From positions 1-14,800 of the forward strand of contig JAOZFI010000026.1 in assembly GCA_027491395.1 (NCBI GenBank): DNA of 14,800 nucleotides, written 5' to 3'. Positions 1 to 7,113 of this stretch are shown here, piece after piece. Positions within the stretch are counted from its first letter, which is position 1, and each line of letters begins with the position of its first letter. The DNA is from Thermoproteota archaeon. GTDB lineage: Archaea > Korarchaeota > Korarchaeia > Korarchaeales > Korarchaeaceae. The notes beneath the pieces are model-generated. The model ran no database searches and had not been told where the DNA came from. It worked only from the letters and a program-made list of their open reading frames with translations. The position numbers were made by a program, and so were the translations under genes.

Positions 1-680
1 ACTAGATCAGGATTCGCCTCCAGCACTTCCTTGAGAGAGGTGCATTCTATGCATTCGTACTGTCTAACAACTATGTTCTCGCCTCTCTTCTTCACTTCGG
101 CAATTCCATACCCTAGGGATTGAAAGAGGGGTAGTGCGACCTTTTTCAACACCTCGTAGGGATCATCAATCCCCAAATCCTCTGATAGGGATAAATGCTT
201 CCTCGAAAGCCCCCTCCCCATCCTCACGCCCACTTGATAGAGTATGCCAGAGGCTGCCCTGGGTCCTATGGTCTCTATCAACCCCCTAATCAGCTCCTTC
301 ATGGCGGACTTCCTCAACATGACGATTCTCTCGCCGAAGACCGTGGGAGGAAATGAGGTGGTGTCCGCTATCAACCCCCTCGTTACGGGTTCGAAGATCC
401 TCACCTCTCCTATGCCCTTAACGCCTGAGATCCTCTCTACGAGCTCTTGGGAATCTACCTCCTTATCTGTGATGTCCACGACGAGGATCATTCTCGGTTC
501 GGCACCCACCGAATAGCCGTAGATGTAGTTTATGCTCAGCCCCACATCCTCTATTATCTCGGAGATCTCCCTGAGTAGCCCCGGTCTATCCTCCCTGAAC
601 GTGAGCGAGAGACCTAGGAAATCCCTTCCAGAGGAGATGAGGACATTCCTAAACTCCAAGGGCTTGGGATCATCCATCAT
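1..680 (-). CDS. ACT-domain + V4R (4-vinyl reductase) domain protein, 3' end outside the window; paralogue of 720..1541
   Basis: Not in the ORF track because it has no stop in the window. Manual translation from ATG at 680: MMDDPKPLEFRNVLISSGRDFLGLSLTFREDRPGLLREISEIIEDVGLSINYIYG...GLIADTTSFPPTVFGERIVMLRKSAMKELIRGLIETIGPRAASGILYQVGVRMG...LGIDDPYEVLKKVALPLFQSLGYGIAEV...YECIEC. It has the ACT motif DRPGLL and aligns collinearly with the neighbouring protein. GGTG lies upstream and an in-frame TAA at 684-686 bounds the start. Confidence 0.85.
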   Translation of the reverse strand, partial: MMDDPKPLEFRNVLISSGRDFLGLSLTFREDRPGLLREISEIIEDVGLSINYIYGYSVGAEPRMILVVDITDKEVDSQELVERISGVKGIGEVRIFEPVTRGLIADTTSFPPTVFGERIVMLRKSAMKELIRGLIETIGPRAASGILYQVGVRMGRGLSRKHLSLSEDLGIDDPYEVLKKVALPLFQSLGYGIAEVKKRGENIVVRQYECIECTSLKEVLEANPDL

Positions 681-719
681 CAATTACACCCAGAACATGC
701 TGATGAGGGGCTCATCGGT

Positions 720-1541
720 TTACGCCCTCTGTACCACCTTGAGCTCGCAGTACCCGTCCCCTGCAGCCATGCACCTGACCTCCTCAACTGAAACCTCCCT
801 TCCCAAGACGGATGTCAGGACACCGGCCCACATTCCCCTTATCAGGCTGCAGGACGCCCTACCAGCTACACCGGCGACCTCACACTCTATGTTCCTGTAG
901 AGCCTTATCTCACCGCCTTGTCGGGACAGGCGAAGTTCTGCCTCGCCGTAACCTAAGGTCTTAAAGAGGGGGACAGTCACCAGCTCGAGCACATCCTTTG
1001 GATCCTCGATGCCCACAGATCTAGCGATCTTCTTGTGATCCTCCCCAGCCCCCAAACCCATCTCGAACCCTATGTTGTAGAGCAGCGCATCCGCTGCTTC
1101 GGGCCCTATCCTTTTTGTGAGCTCATCCTTGGCGCTCCTCAGGAGGACATCCCTCATTATGGCAACCCTGCGGTCACCGACATAGGCTGGGAAGTTCAGG
1201 GTATCTATGAGCAGACCCTCCCTCACTGGAAGGATCAGATCAACGTTTCCCACACCCTCTATTTCGTTCAGTTCTTCCACCAACTCCTCGAAGTCCAGAG
1301 CAGATTCTGTAGCATCCAGTATGAGGAAGATAGTTCCCTCACCGCCCTCGCTGACCTGCAAGTGAAGGTAGAGGATGTCACCACCTCTTTCGGCCGCTGC
1401 TTGGGCCACATCCCTTAGTATACCGATCCTGTTCTCTATTATGTCCATCGAATAAGCTGCAAGCCTCCTGCCCGGACTGACTGCGTACCTGCCCAAGTTG
1501 ATGGGCCTATTCCTCCCCTTCACTACCCCCTCAGCCCCCAA
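720..1541 (-). CDS. ACT-domain + V4R domain protein (putative small-molecule sensor)
   Basis: 273 aa. N-terminal ACT-like segment (ENRIGILRDVA) and C-terminal V4R with the Cys/Glu pattern NIEC...SCSLIRG...EVRCMAAGDGYCE. TTG start with a TATA-like element about 25 bp upstream. Confidence 0.85.
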   Translation of the reverse strand: MGAEGVVKGRNRPINLGRYAVSPGRRLAAYSMDIIENRIGILRDVAQAAAERGGDILYLHLQVSEGGEGTIFLILDATESALDFEELVEELNEIEGVGNVDLILPVREGLLIDTLNFPAYVGDRRVAIMRDVLLRSAKDELTKRIGPEAADALLYNIGFEMGLGAGEDHKKIARSVGIEDPKDVLELVTVPLFKTLGYGEAELRLSRQGGEIRLYRNIECEVAGVAGRASCSLIRGMWAGVLTSVLGREVSVEEVRCMAAGDGYCELKVVQRA

Positions 1542-1560
1542 CTAGCAACCCTTGTATTCG

Positions 1561-1570
1561 CATATAAAAG
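1561..1570 (-). promoter_or_regulatory. Putative archaeal TATA box for the V4R gene pair
   Basis: Minus strand CTTTTATATG, 20-29 bp upstream of the TTG at 1541, consistent with a leaderless transcript. Confidence 0.55.
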
Positions 1571-1609
1571 ATCCTGTACAATATAGAAACCATTCTCATC
1601 AATTCACGT

Positions 1610-1620
1610 TAAATTTTAAA
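1610..1620 (+). promoter_or_regulatory. Putative TATA box for the DUF505-like gene
   Basis: TAAATTTTAAA in the AT-rich divergent intergenic region. It would give a start site near 1643 and a 5' leader of about 80 nt. Confidence 0.4.
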
Positions 1621-1725
1621 GGAATATGTAAGATACTGAAAATTTGGTCTGTTGAGAGAGAACAGCACCTCTCGGCAGTTGGGGAAATCTAATTTACTGG
1701 TCGTGTGTCTTGGAGGGGTGATAAC

Positions 1726-3528
1726 ATGTTGATAAGGAGGGATCACTTGAAGCTACTCCTCCGACTCGGCGAGGGTGGCAGGGAGGCCTTAGAATTCAGG
1801 GGAGAGAAGAGGGTAGATGAACTCGTCTTCTCGAGGAGAATAACCGAGCTGAAGGTTCTAGGACTCGTGGACATCTCGGATGGGATCATAAACCTCACGT
1901 CAGCTGGGAGGAAGCTAATCGAGGCTATGAGAAGGGCTGAGCTCGACGTGGAGTCCCTACCCGATGTCTGGGTCGACACACCCATTTATAAGATGGTAGA
2001 GCTGGCGGTTAGAACTGGCCATATCCTCCCCAATTGGGAGAGTGCGCTGAGAGAGAGGAGGTTCTGGGAGAACGGGCCTACCGATCTGGCCAGGGAGCTC
2101 TTGGAGGTTAAGGTACAGTCGAGACCCTCCTTGCTTCTAGCTGCCGAGCTATCGGACTTCATAGAGGTAATACCGCCTGGTCCGGAGGACTTAGGGGAGC
2201 TGATAAGGATAAGGGACGAGCTGGGCTTCGGAAAGTGGGTCGTGAACGCTCTTCAAGCGATGGATCTCCTGTACATATCCCCGCCCGACGAGTTCGGTGC
2301 CGTATACACGCTGACACCGGCAGGGAGGAGGGCTAGGGAGTCCATATGGCTGATCTCCGTGGTAACAACTCAGATAACCGTCGATCAGAGGACTGCGGAG
2401 CAGATAGAGAGAGGGGAGTCTACTGAGAGGTTGGTGGAGATGGGATTGGCTGACGGCAGCGGAATAACCGAAGCTGGAAGGGGAATGCTGGCGGCCTATA
2501 AGGAAATGGGCGTAGTTCGGAGGCCCACGACACCGTTCTACTTCACAATAGAGGAGATCAAGGTCCTCAAGGCTATAGAGGAGGCAGAGAGGAAGAAGGA
2601 GACGAACCCAGAGATACTCCCCACCAAGGGATGGATAGAGGATAAGTCGGGAATAGCTGACGTGGGAGAGGCCCTTATCCTCTTGGAGTCCAAGGGACTC
2701 GTGGAGAGGAGAGAGATCGAGATGAAGGATACTTACTGGCTCACTGAACATGGGAGGCAGGCATACAACCTCGTGAAGGACAGCAGTGAGGACATCACGA
2801 GCGAGTCGCTGAAAGCCGTAACCTACCCACTTGCTGGCGAAGTCCCGATGGCGGAGTGGGTCAGACAGGCCAAAAGGCATGGTTTCGTGGACAAGGATCT
2901 CACCAAGAAGGGTAGGTTGCTGGTTGATCTCAGCAGCAGGGTGGTGAGGAGGCCTGTGCTCACGGCCTATGATGTAGCTATCCTGATGAAGGTCCCCAAG
3001 GGAAAGTACTTGAGGAGGGACGAGCTTGTCAGCGCCGTGAACGAGTATCTAGGGGTGAAAGATGATGAGGAGGCCAAGAGAATCGTCAGGAAGGCCATAT
3101 CAGAGGCTGAATCCAAGGGGCTCGTGGTTATGCTCCAGAACAGGACAATCGGCCTGACACCCATAGGGGAGGTGATGAAGGACGTGGTCGCCTTCGGAAA
3201 TACCCAGACCATGAAGACCATGAAGTTCCCGGTCACCCCCACTGTTTACTGGGTCCTGAGGGTCATCTCGGAGAACATAGAGGAGCTTAAGGAGGCATGG
3301 AGGAAGGGAGTCGATGTGGTGAATGTGGAGGCTAGGATCGTGTACAACAACCTGAAGAAGTACACATCCGTCACGGATGAGGAGATAAAGAAGGCCTTCG
3401 TTATCCTCAGGAGGACGGGACTCTTGGGGAGGATGGGGCCGACCTCAGCCGGAGAACTACTGTTAGAGGCCGGTAAAATGTTCGAAAGACTTCCAGAGGA
3501 GGAAAAATGGGTAAGGGAGATCGGTTAG
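1726..3528 (+). CDS. DUF505-like protein made of tandem winged helix-turn-helix repeats
   Basis: About 600 aa. Start moved from 1705 to ATG 1726 because GGAGGGGTGA (1712-1721) sits just upstream. Repeated wHTH wing motifs (LTSAGR, LTPAGR, ITEAGR, LTEHGR, LTKKGR, LTPIGE, PTSAGE). Size and N-terminus (MLIRRDHLKLL) match my recollection of DUF505. Confidence 0.7.
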   Translation: MLIRRDHLKLLLRLGEGGREALEFRGEKRVDELVFSRRITELKVLGLVDISDGIINLTSAGRKLIEAMRRAELDVESLPDVWVDTPIYKMVELAVRTGHILPNWESALRERRFWENGPTDLARELLEVKVQSRPSLLLAAELSDFIEVIPPGPEDLGELIRIRDELGFGKWVVNALQAMDLLYISPPDEFGAVYTLTPAGRRARESIWLISVVTTQITVDQRTAEQIERGESTERLVEMGLADGSGITEAGRGMLAAYKEMGVVRRPTTPFYFTIEEIKVLKAIEEAERKKETNPEILPTKGWIEDKSGIADVGEALILLESKGLVERREIEMKDTYWLTEHGRQAYNLVKDSSEDITSESLKAVTYPLAGEVPMAEWVRQAKRHGFVDKDLTKKGRLLVDLSSRVVRRPVLTAYDVAILMKVPKGKYLRRDELVSAVNEYLGVKDDEEAKRIVRKAISEAESKGLVVMLQNRTIGLTPIGEVMKDVVAFGNTQTMKTMKFPVTPTVYWVLRVISENIEELKEAWRKGVDVVNVEARIVYNNLKKYTSVTDEEIKKAFVILRRTGLLGRMGPTSAGELLLEAGKMFERLPEEEKWVREIG

Positions 3529-3731
3529 CTGCTCTCTACTTGTGAAAAACGGAACTCAATGAAGCGTCCCTGTGGGGAACCCCTCCCTCTCCTCCCTTAT
3601 ATCTCGAGGGAAGTAAGGTTAAGTCCTTGGGTTAAGAGGTTCTACTGATTGGTCTGTATACCGGTAGCGCCTACCTGCCCCGTAATTAGCTTAGGGAGAA
3701 AGATTATTTATCTCGGCATCCCAGTCAAATT

Positions 3732-4136
3732 GTGTCGAAAGTAGCGGAAAGGTTCGAAGAGATCGAGGAGGCACTAAGAGAGCTTGAGAAGCTCACCTCA
3801 ATGGACGAAAGGTCCTTTTTGGCGAGTAGGACGGCTAGATACTCTATAGTCCAAATCGTGGAGGCGTCCGCTGACTTAGGCATTCTCATACTGCAGATCG
3901 AAGGTGATAGCGCTAGAAGTTACAGGGAGATATTCAAGAAGCTTGCTCTGCGTGGGATAATTTCGGTAGGCACTTCTGAGGTGATAGCCAGACCGGCATC
4001 CCTCAGGAACATGGTAATTCACAGGTACTGGGAGGTGGACGATCTCAGGATATATAGGGAGGCTAGGTCAGGCGGATTGGAGGCTATTAGATCGTTTGCA
4101 AGGGAGGTGAAGGTCTATCTATCTGAGAAGGGCTGA
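3732..4136 (+). CDS. HEPN (DUF86/HepT-like) ribonuclease toxin
   Basis: 134 aa with the RX4HXY motif RNMVIHRY and the typical SYREIF segment. TATA-like TTATTTAT at about 3704-3711. Confidence 0.85.
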   Translation: MSKVAERFEEIEEALRELEKLTSMDERSFLASRTARYSIVQIVEASADLGILILQIEGDSARSYREIFKKLALRGIISVGTSEVIARPASLRNMVIHRYWEVDDLRIYREARSGGLEAIRSFAREVKVYLSEKG

Positions 4137-4566
4137 GGAGAGGAGGAAGTTCGAGTTCCACAGGCTAAGCGATGAGGAGAAGGCATCTATAGTTGAAAAG
4201 CTCAGAAAAGCGATTCTGAATAGGGAGGAGGTTTTGCTTGCGGTAATTCACGGGGGGTTCTTGGAACTCAGACCTTTCAGGGACATAGACGTTGCCGTAT
4301 ACACCGGATACTCGATTCCCTATGAGGAGGAGCTGGATTTCTGCGAGCAGCTGAGCCTCGAGCTGACCGATATTGCTGGGATCTACGTTGATGTGAGGAT
4401 GCTGGATTACTCCCCGCCGCGTTTCAGGGTCAGCGCCCTCTCCAACTGCGTGGTGCTGGTGGAGAGGTACCCGAGGGCCTTCCTCCTCAGGGCATCCATC
4501 CAAGAGTTGGATGACATCGAGAAGAAGGCTTCCTTGGTTAGGGACTGGATCCATGGTAGGGGTTAG
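4117..4566 (+). CDS. Minimal nucleotidyltransferase (MNT/MntA-like) antitoxin; canonical start codon apparently missing
   Basis: Motif HGGF...RDIDVAV...VDVRML. The frame is open from 4111 (RSIYLRRAEERRKFEFHRLSDEEKASIVEKLRKAILNREEV...), well upstream of the tracked TTG at 4234. GGAGGTGA at 4103-4110 is followed by ATC (4117) and CTG (4123) rather than ATG. Confidence 0.75.
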   Translation: MYLRRAEERRKFEFHRLSDEEKASIVEKLRKAILNREEVLLAVIHGGFLELRPFRDIDVAVYTGYSIPYEEELDFCEQLSLELTDIAGIYVDVRMLDYSPPRFRVSALSNCVVLVERYPRAFLLRASIQELDDIEKKASLVRDWIHGRG

Positions 4567-4603
4567 TATCCGATATTGGGGTTCGACCTACAAGCGCTGT
4601 CCG

Positions 4604-5014
4604 CTATCGGGTAGGAACCACATCCACACCGAGCTTCCTCGCCCTAGATCTCATTCTTTTATCGAAGGTGGCGAGCGAGATCCCCTCCTCCCTTGCTATC
4701 CTGATGATGACCTCATCATTGAAACGGTTGAGTGAGATACACTCCTCGGCTAGGGATCCTAGGGCCTTCCTTATGAGGAGCTCTCCCTCCTTGTAGGTCC
4801 TGCTTTTCTCGGACGAGATGTAGTCCTCCAGCTTATCCAGCGCCGTAGATGAATCGACTCCCATCCCCTTGAGGAACCAAATGTATTCATAGATGACGAT
4901 CAGGGGAATCACCCACTCCTCCAATCGATCTAGTAGTTGGGAAGCATCTCCATGGTGCATTGAATCCTCGTATGTATCGTAGATCAGGACGTTGGTATCG
5001 ATCACGGCCCTCAA
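4604..5014 (-). CDS. vapC: PIN-domain ribonuclease toxin (VapC family)
   Basis: VIDTNVLIY, VIYEY, FNDEVI and LATFDKR carry the acidic PIN tetrad. Overlaps the upstream antitoxin stop by 4 nt (TTGA). Confidence 0.92.
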   Translation of the reverse strand: MRAVIDTNVLIYDTYEDSMHHGDASQLLDRLEEWVIPLIVIYEYIWFLKGMGVDSSTALDKLEDYISSEKSRTYKEGELLIRKALGSLAEECISLNRFNDEVIIRIAREEGISLATFDKRMRSRARKLGVDVVPTR

Positions 5015-5238
5015 AAGGTTTCCCTCCTTCCTCTCTCTATCACCTCATCGATCTCCTCGATGGTAAGCTTCCTCCCAGATCTAAGGGTCTTTCTAGCTCT
5101 CCTAACCTTCTTCATTACTATGTGGCCCTCCTCACTTACGTAAACTTCCAAGTAATCGCCTTCCCTTATTCCAAGTTCGTTCCTCACCTCAGCCGGAATT
5201 GTGACCTGGTAGTTCCTGGTGACCTTCACCCTCGGCAT
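5011..5238 (-). CDS. vapB: AbrB/MazE/SpoVT-family antitoxin (VapB)
   Basis: KVTRNYQVTIPAEVRNELGIREGDYLEV is the AbrB fold signature. Translationally coupled to the PIN gene. Start is ATG 5238 or GTG 5241. Confidence 0.92.
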   Translation of the reverse strand: MPRVKVTRNYQVTIPAEVRNELGIREGDYLEVYVSEEGHIVMKKVRRARKTLRSGRKLTIEEIDEVIERGRRETF

Positions 5239-5242
5239 CACA

Positions 5243-5262
5243 GTACTCTACTCTACTAGTAC
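5243..5262. promoter_or_regulatory. Putative VapBC autoregulatory operator
   Basis: GTACT-CTACTCTACT-AGTAC: inverted GTACT/AGTAC arms with internal TACT(C) repeats, directly upstream of the vapB start. Confidence 0.4.
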
Positions 5263-5372
5263 AAAAGGATATCTAGTAATTGAAAACGACCGCGGCATTG
5301 CTCTCTCTTAAGCTGGTATGCTCTCAACTTGCTCGGTCGCGCATTCATCTATAAGGATGTGACCCTACTTTG

Positions 5373-5750
5373 ATGATGGAGCTGGAACAAGTGCTGGAGA
5401 GACTGAAGTCCCACGAGAAGGTGCTGGCGATCATACTCTTCGGTTCCACCGTTAGAGGAGAGACCACACCTCCCTCAGACGTTGATATCGCCGTGGTCGT
5501 GGAGGATCCAACCCCGGAGGACGAGGCGGAGCTGGGAAGCCTCTACTCTAGGAGGATAGACTTAGTCCTGTTTCACAGGCTCCCCCCTTACATCCAGTTC
5601 CATGTATTGAGGGAGGGGAAGGTCCTCTACTTGAGGGACGAGGAAAGGTCCAAGGAGATCAAATTCAGGACCATCAGGAACTACCTCGAGCATTCCCGCA
5701 TGTACAGAAAGATGAGGGAGATGCTCCTTGAGGTCGAACAGCCTAGCTAG
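5373..5750 (+). CDS. Minimal nucleotidyltransferase (MNT/MntA-like) antitoxin
   Basis: LFGSTVRGETTPPSDVDIAV (GS-x10-DxD) and IDLV. TATA-like CTATAAG at about 5349-5355. Start is TTG 5370 or ATG 5373/5376. Confidence 0.9.
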   Translation: MMELEQVLERLKSHEKVLAIILFGSTVRGETTPPSDVDIAVVVEDPTPEDEAELGSLYSRRIDLVLFHRLPPYIQFHVLREGKVLYLRDEERSKEIKFRTIRNYLEHSRMYRKMREMLLEVEQPS

Positions 5751-6118
5751 GTTCATGAGCCACTACAGAAGAGCGAGGGATTTTGAAGGAGAGGGATCTC
5801 TCCAATTACTTGATCTACACGGCCCTAGCCATGGAGTGCTTTCAGGCGACGAACTCCCTCATAGAGAACGGCGAGAGGTTCGTGGTGGATCTGGACAGGT
5901 ATCCTGCTACCTACTCCGACATATTCCAGATAATGTACGAAGAGGGAGCGATAACTAGGGAGGAGCTGAGGGCCCTCAAGAGGCTGATTTTCCTCAGGAA
6001 CCCGATAGCCCACGAATATTACAGAATAACTGAGGAAGAGCTGAGAGAGATGGCCGACCTGCTGGATGTAGCTGAAAGTATCGTGGGGAGGTTGATGAAA
6101 TATTCACATCCTAGTTGA
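5728..6118 (+). pseudogene. HEPN (DUF86/HepT-like) toxin split by a 1-nt frameshift
   Basis: Frame from TTG 5728 reads MRSNSLARFMSHYRRARD. The HEPN body (LKERDLSNYLIYTALAMECFQA...TYSDIF...RNPIAHEY) is in the +1 frame from 5783. Removing one T from TTTT at 5781-5784 joins them into a ~129-aa HEPN overlapping the MNT stop. A sequencing error or initiation at TTG 5783 cannot be excluded. Confidence 0.7.
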
Positions 6119-6215
6119 GGCTTAGATCCATCTTCACTAGATTTAGGTTGCGGAAAGCAGCTACTCGAATTAGTAAAAGCACCTAAGCAGCTTGCACCAT
6201 CAATAACATGCTCTC

Positions 6216-6992
6216 CTAGATCAGCACAAGCTTAGATCCCCTATAACCCATAAGGTCGAGGGTGACGGCTTGGAAACCCCTAGATAAGGCCATCTCCAAA
6301 ATCTCATCCCGGATCTCCAGAATCTTATGCATGTCTCCGGGAGGGACCTCTATCCTCACCTCACTTCCCTGAACGCGGGCCCTCACTAGGGAGACACCCG
6401 CTCGGAGGACGAAGTCCTCTAAATATTCGATCCTCTTCAATAGATCGAGACTAACCTCTCTTCCCGGCGGCGTCCTAGTCAACAAGCACGTTTCGGCCAG
6501 GTAGGGGAGATTCAGGTCCCTCAGCAGTGAGATCACCTCTCCTTCCGTAATTCCCGCCTCTACAAGCGGACTCTGGACTCCCAACTCTTTCAGGGCCCTT
6601 AAGCCTGGCCTGTCCTCCCTCACATCGCTGGCGTTGGTCCCATCGAGCACCGCATCGCACCCCTCTCGCTCAGCCACATTTAAAATCAGGGACATCATCC
6701 TCAATTTGCAGAAGTAGCATCTGAGGGGACCATTCCTCAATATTTCATTCTCTTTCATTACCTTCTCATCCCTGATGATTATGTGATCCACTCCAATGAG
6801 TCTGGCCACCTCTTCACTGGCCGCTACAACCCTCTTGGGTATGTAGGGGAAGTCGACTGTCACGGCCATTACCCTATCCACGCCAGCTCGTTTGAGCGCC
6901 CACAGGAGAAATGTGCTGTCCCTACCTCCAGAGAAAGCAACAGCTGGACACCTATAGTCCTTCAAGACGCGAATCAACTTTTCGCTGCTCAC
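6216..6992 (-). CDS. larE: ATP-dependent sulfur insertase LarE (NPN cofactor biosynthesis), probable [4Fe-4S]-binding type
   Basis: PP-loop VAFSGGRDS, NGPLRCYFCK, LDGTNASD...DRPG, SPL, CLLTR, VRARV...RIEV and VTLDLMGYR. larB and larC lie nearby. Confidence 0.92.
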   Translation of the reverse strand: MSSEKLIRVLKDYRCPAVAFSGGRDSTFLLWALKRAGVDRVMAVTVDFPYIPKRVVAASEEVARLIGVDHIIIRDEKVMKENEILRNGPLRCYFCKLRMMSLILNVAEREGCDAVLDGTNASDVREDRPGLRALKELGVQSPLVEAGITEGEVISLLRDLNLPYLAETCLLTRTPPGREVSLDLLKRIEYLEDFVLRAGVSLVRARVQGSEVRIEVPPGDMHKILEIRDEILEMALSRGFQAVTLDLMGYRGSKLVLI

Positions 6993-7012
6993 AGAGCTTG
7001 AAACCGATGGAA

Positions 7013-7033
7013 CTTAAAAGAGGTTAGCCCTCT
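7013..7033 (-). promoter_or_regulatory. Short hairpin + T run overlapping a TATA-like box: possible fix terminator and/or larE promoter
   Basis: Minus strand AGAGG-GCTAA-CCTCT-TTTAAG. TTTTAAG lies 21-27 bp upstream of the larE GTG. Confidence 0.4.
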
Positions 7034-7113
7034 AAGTGGCAATAGAAACGGTAAATACGAGGATGAGAAATTAGATAGTGAATAGGGGTTAGGGAATTAA
7101 CGAACGAATAATA

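Noticed and set aside
699-717. CTGATGA with a GATGAG/CTCATC hairpin between the V4R paralogues, considered as a hammerhead, box C or fluoride riboswitch part
   Set aside because: No GAAA core, no suitably spaced box D and no GGCGATGG-type 5' element. At most a small intergenic hairpin.
244-1418. Plus-strand ORFs 244..516, 532..900 and 1035..1418
   Set aside because: Antisense shadows of the two ACT-V4R genes, Ser/Pro-rich and without motifs.
1743-3242. Minus-strand ORFs inside the DUF505-like gene
   Set aside because: Antisense shadows with no recognisable domains.
3529-6215. Integrated mobile element boundaries around the TA island
   Set aside because: No integrase, transposase, tRNA target or flanking direct repeats were seen.
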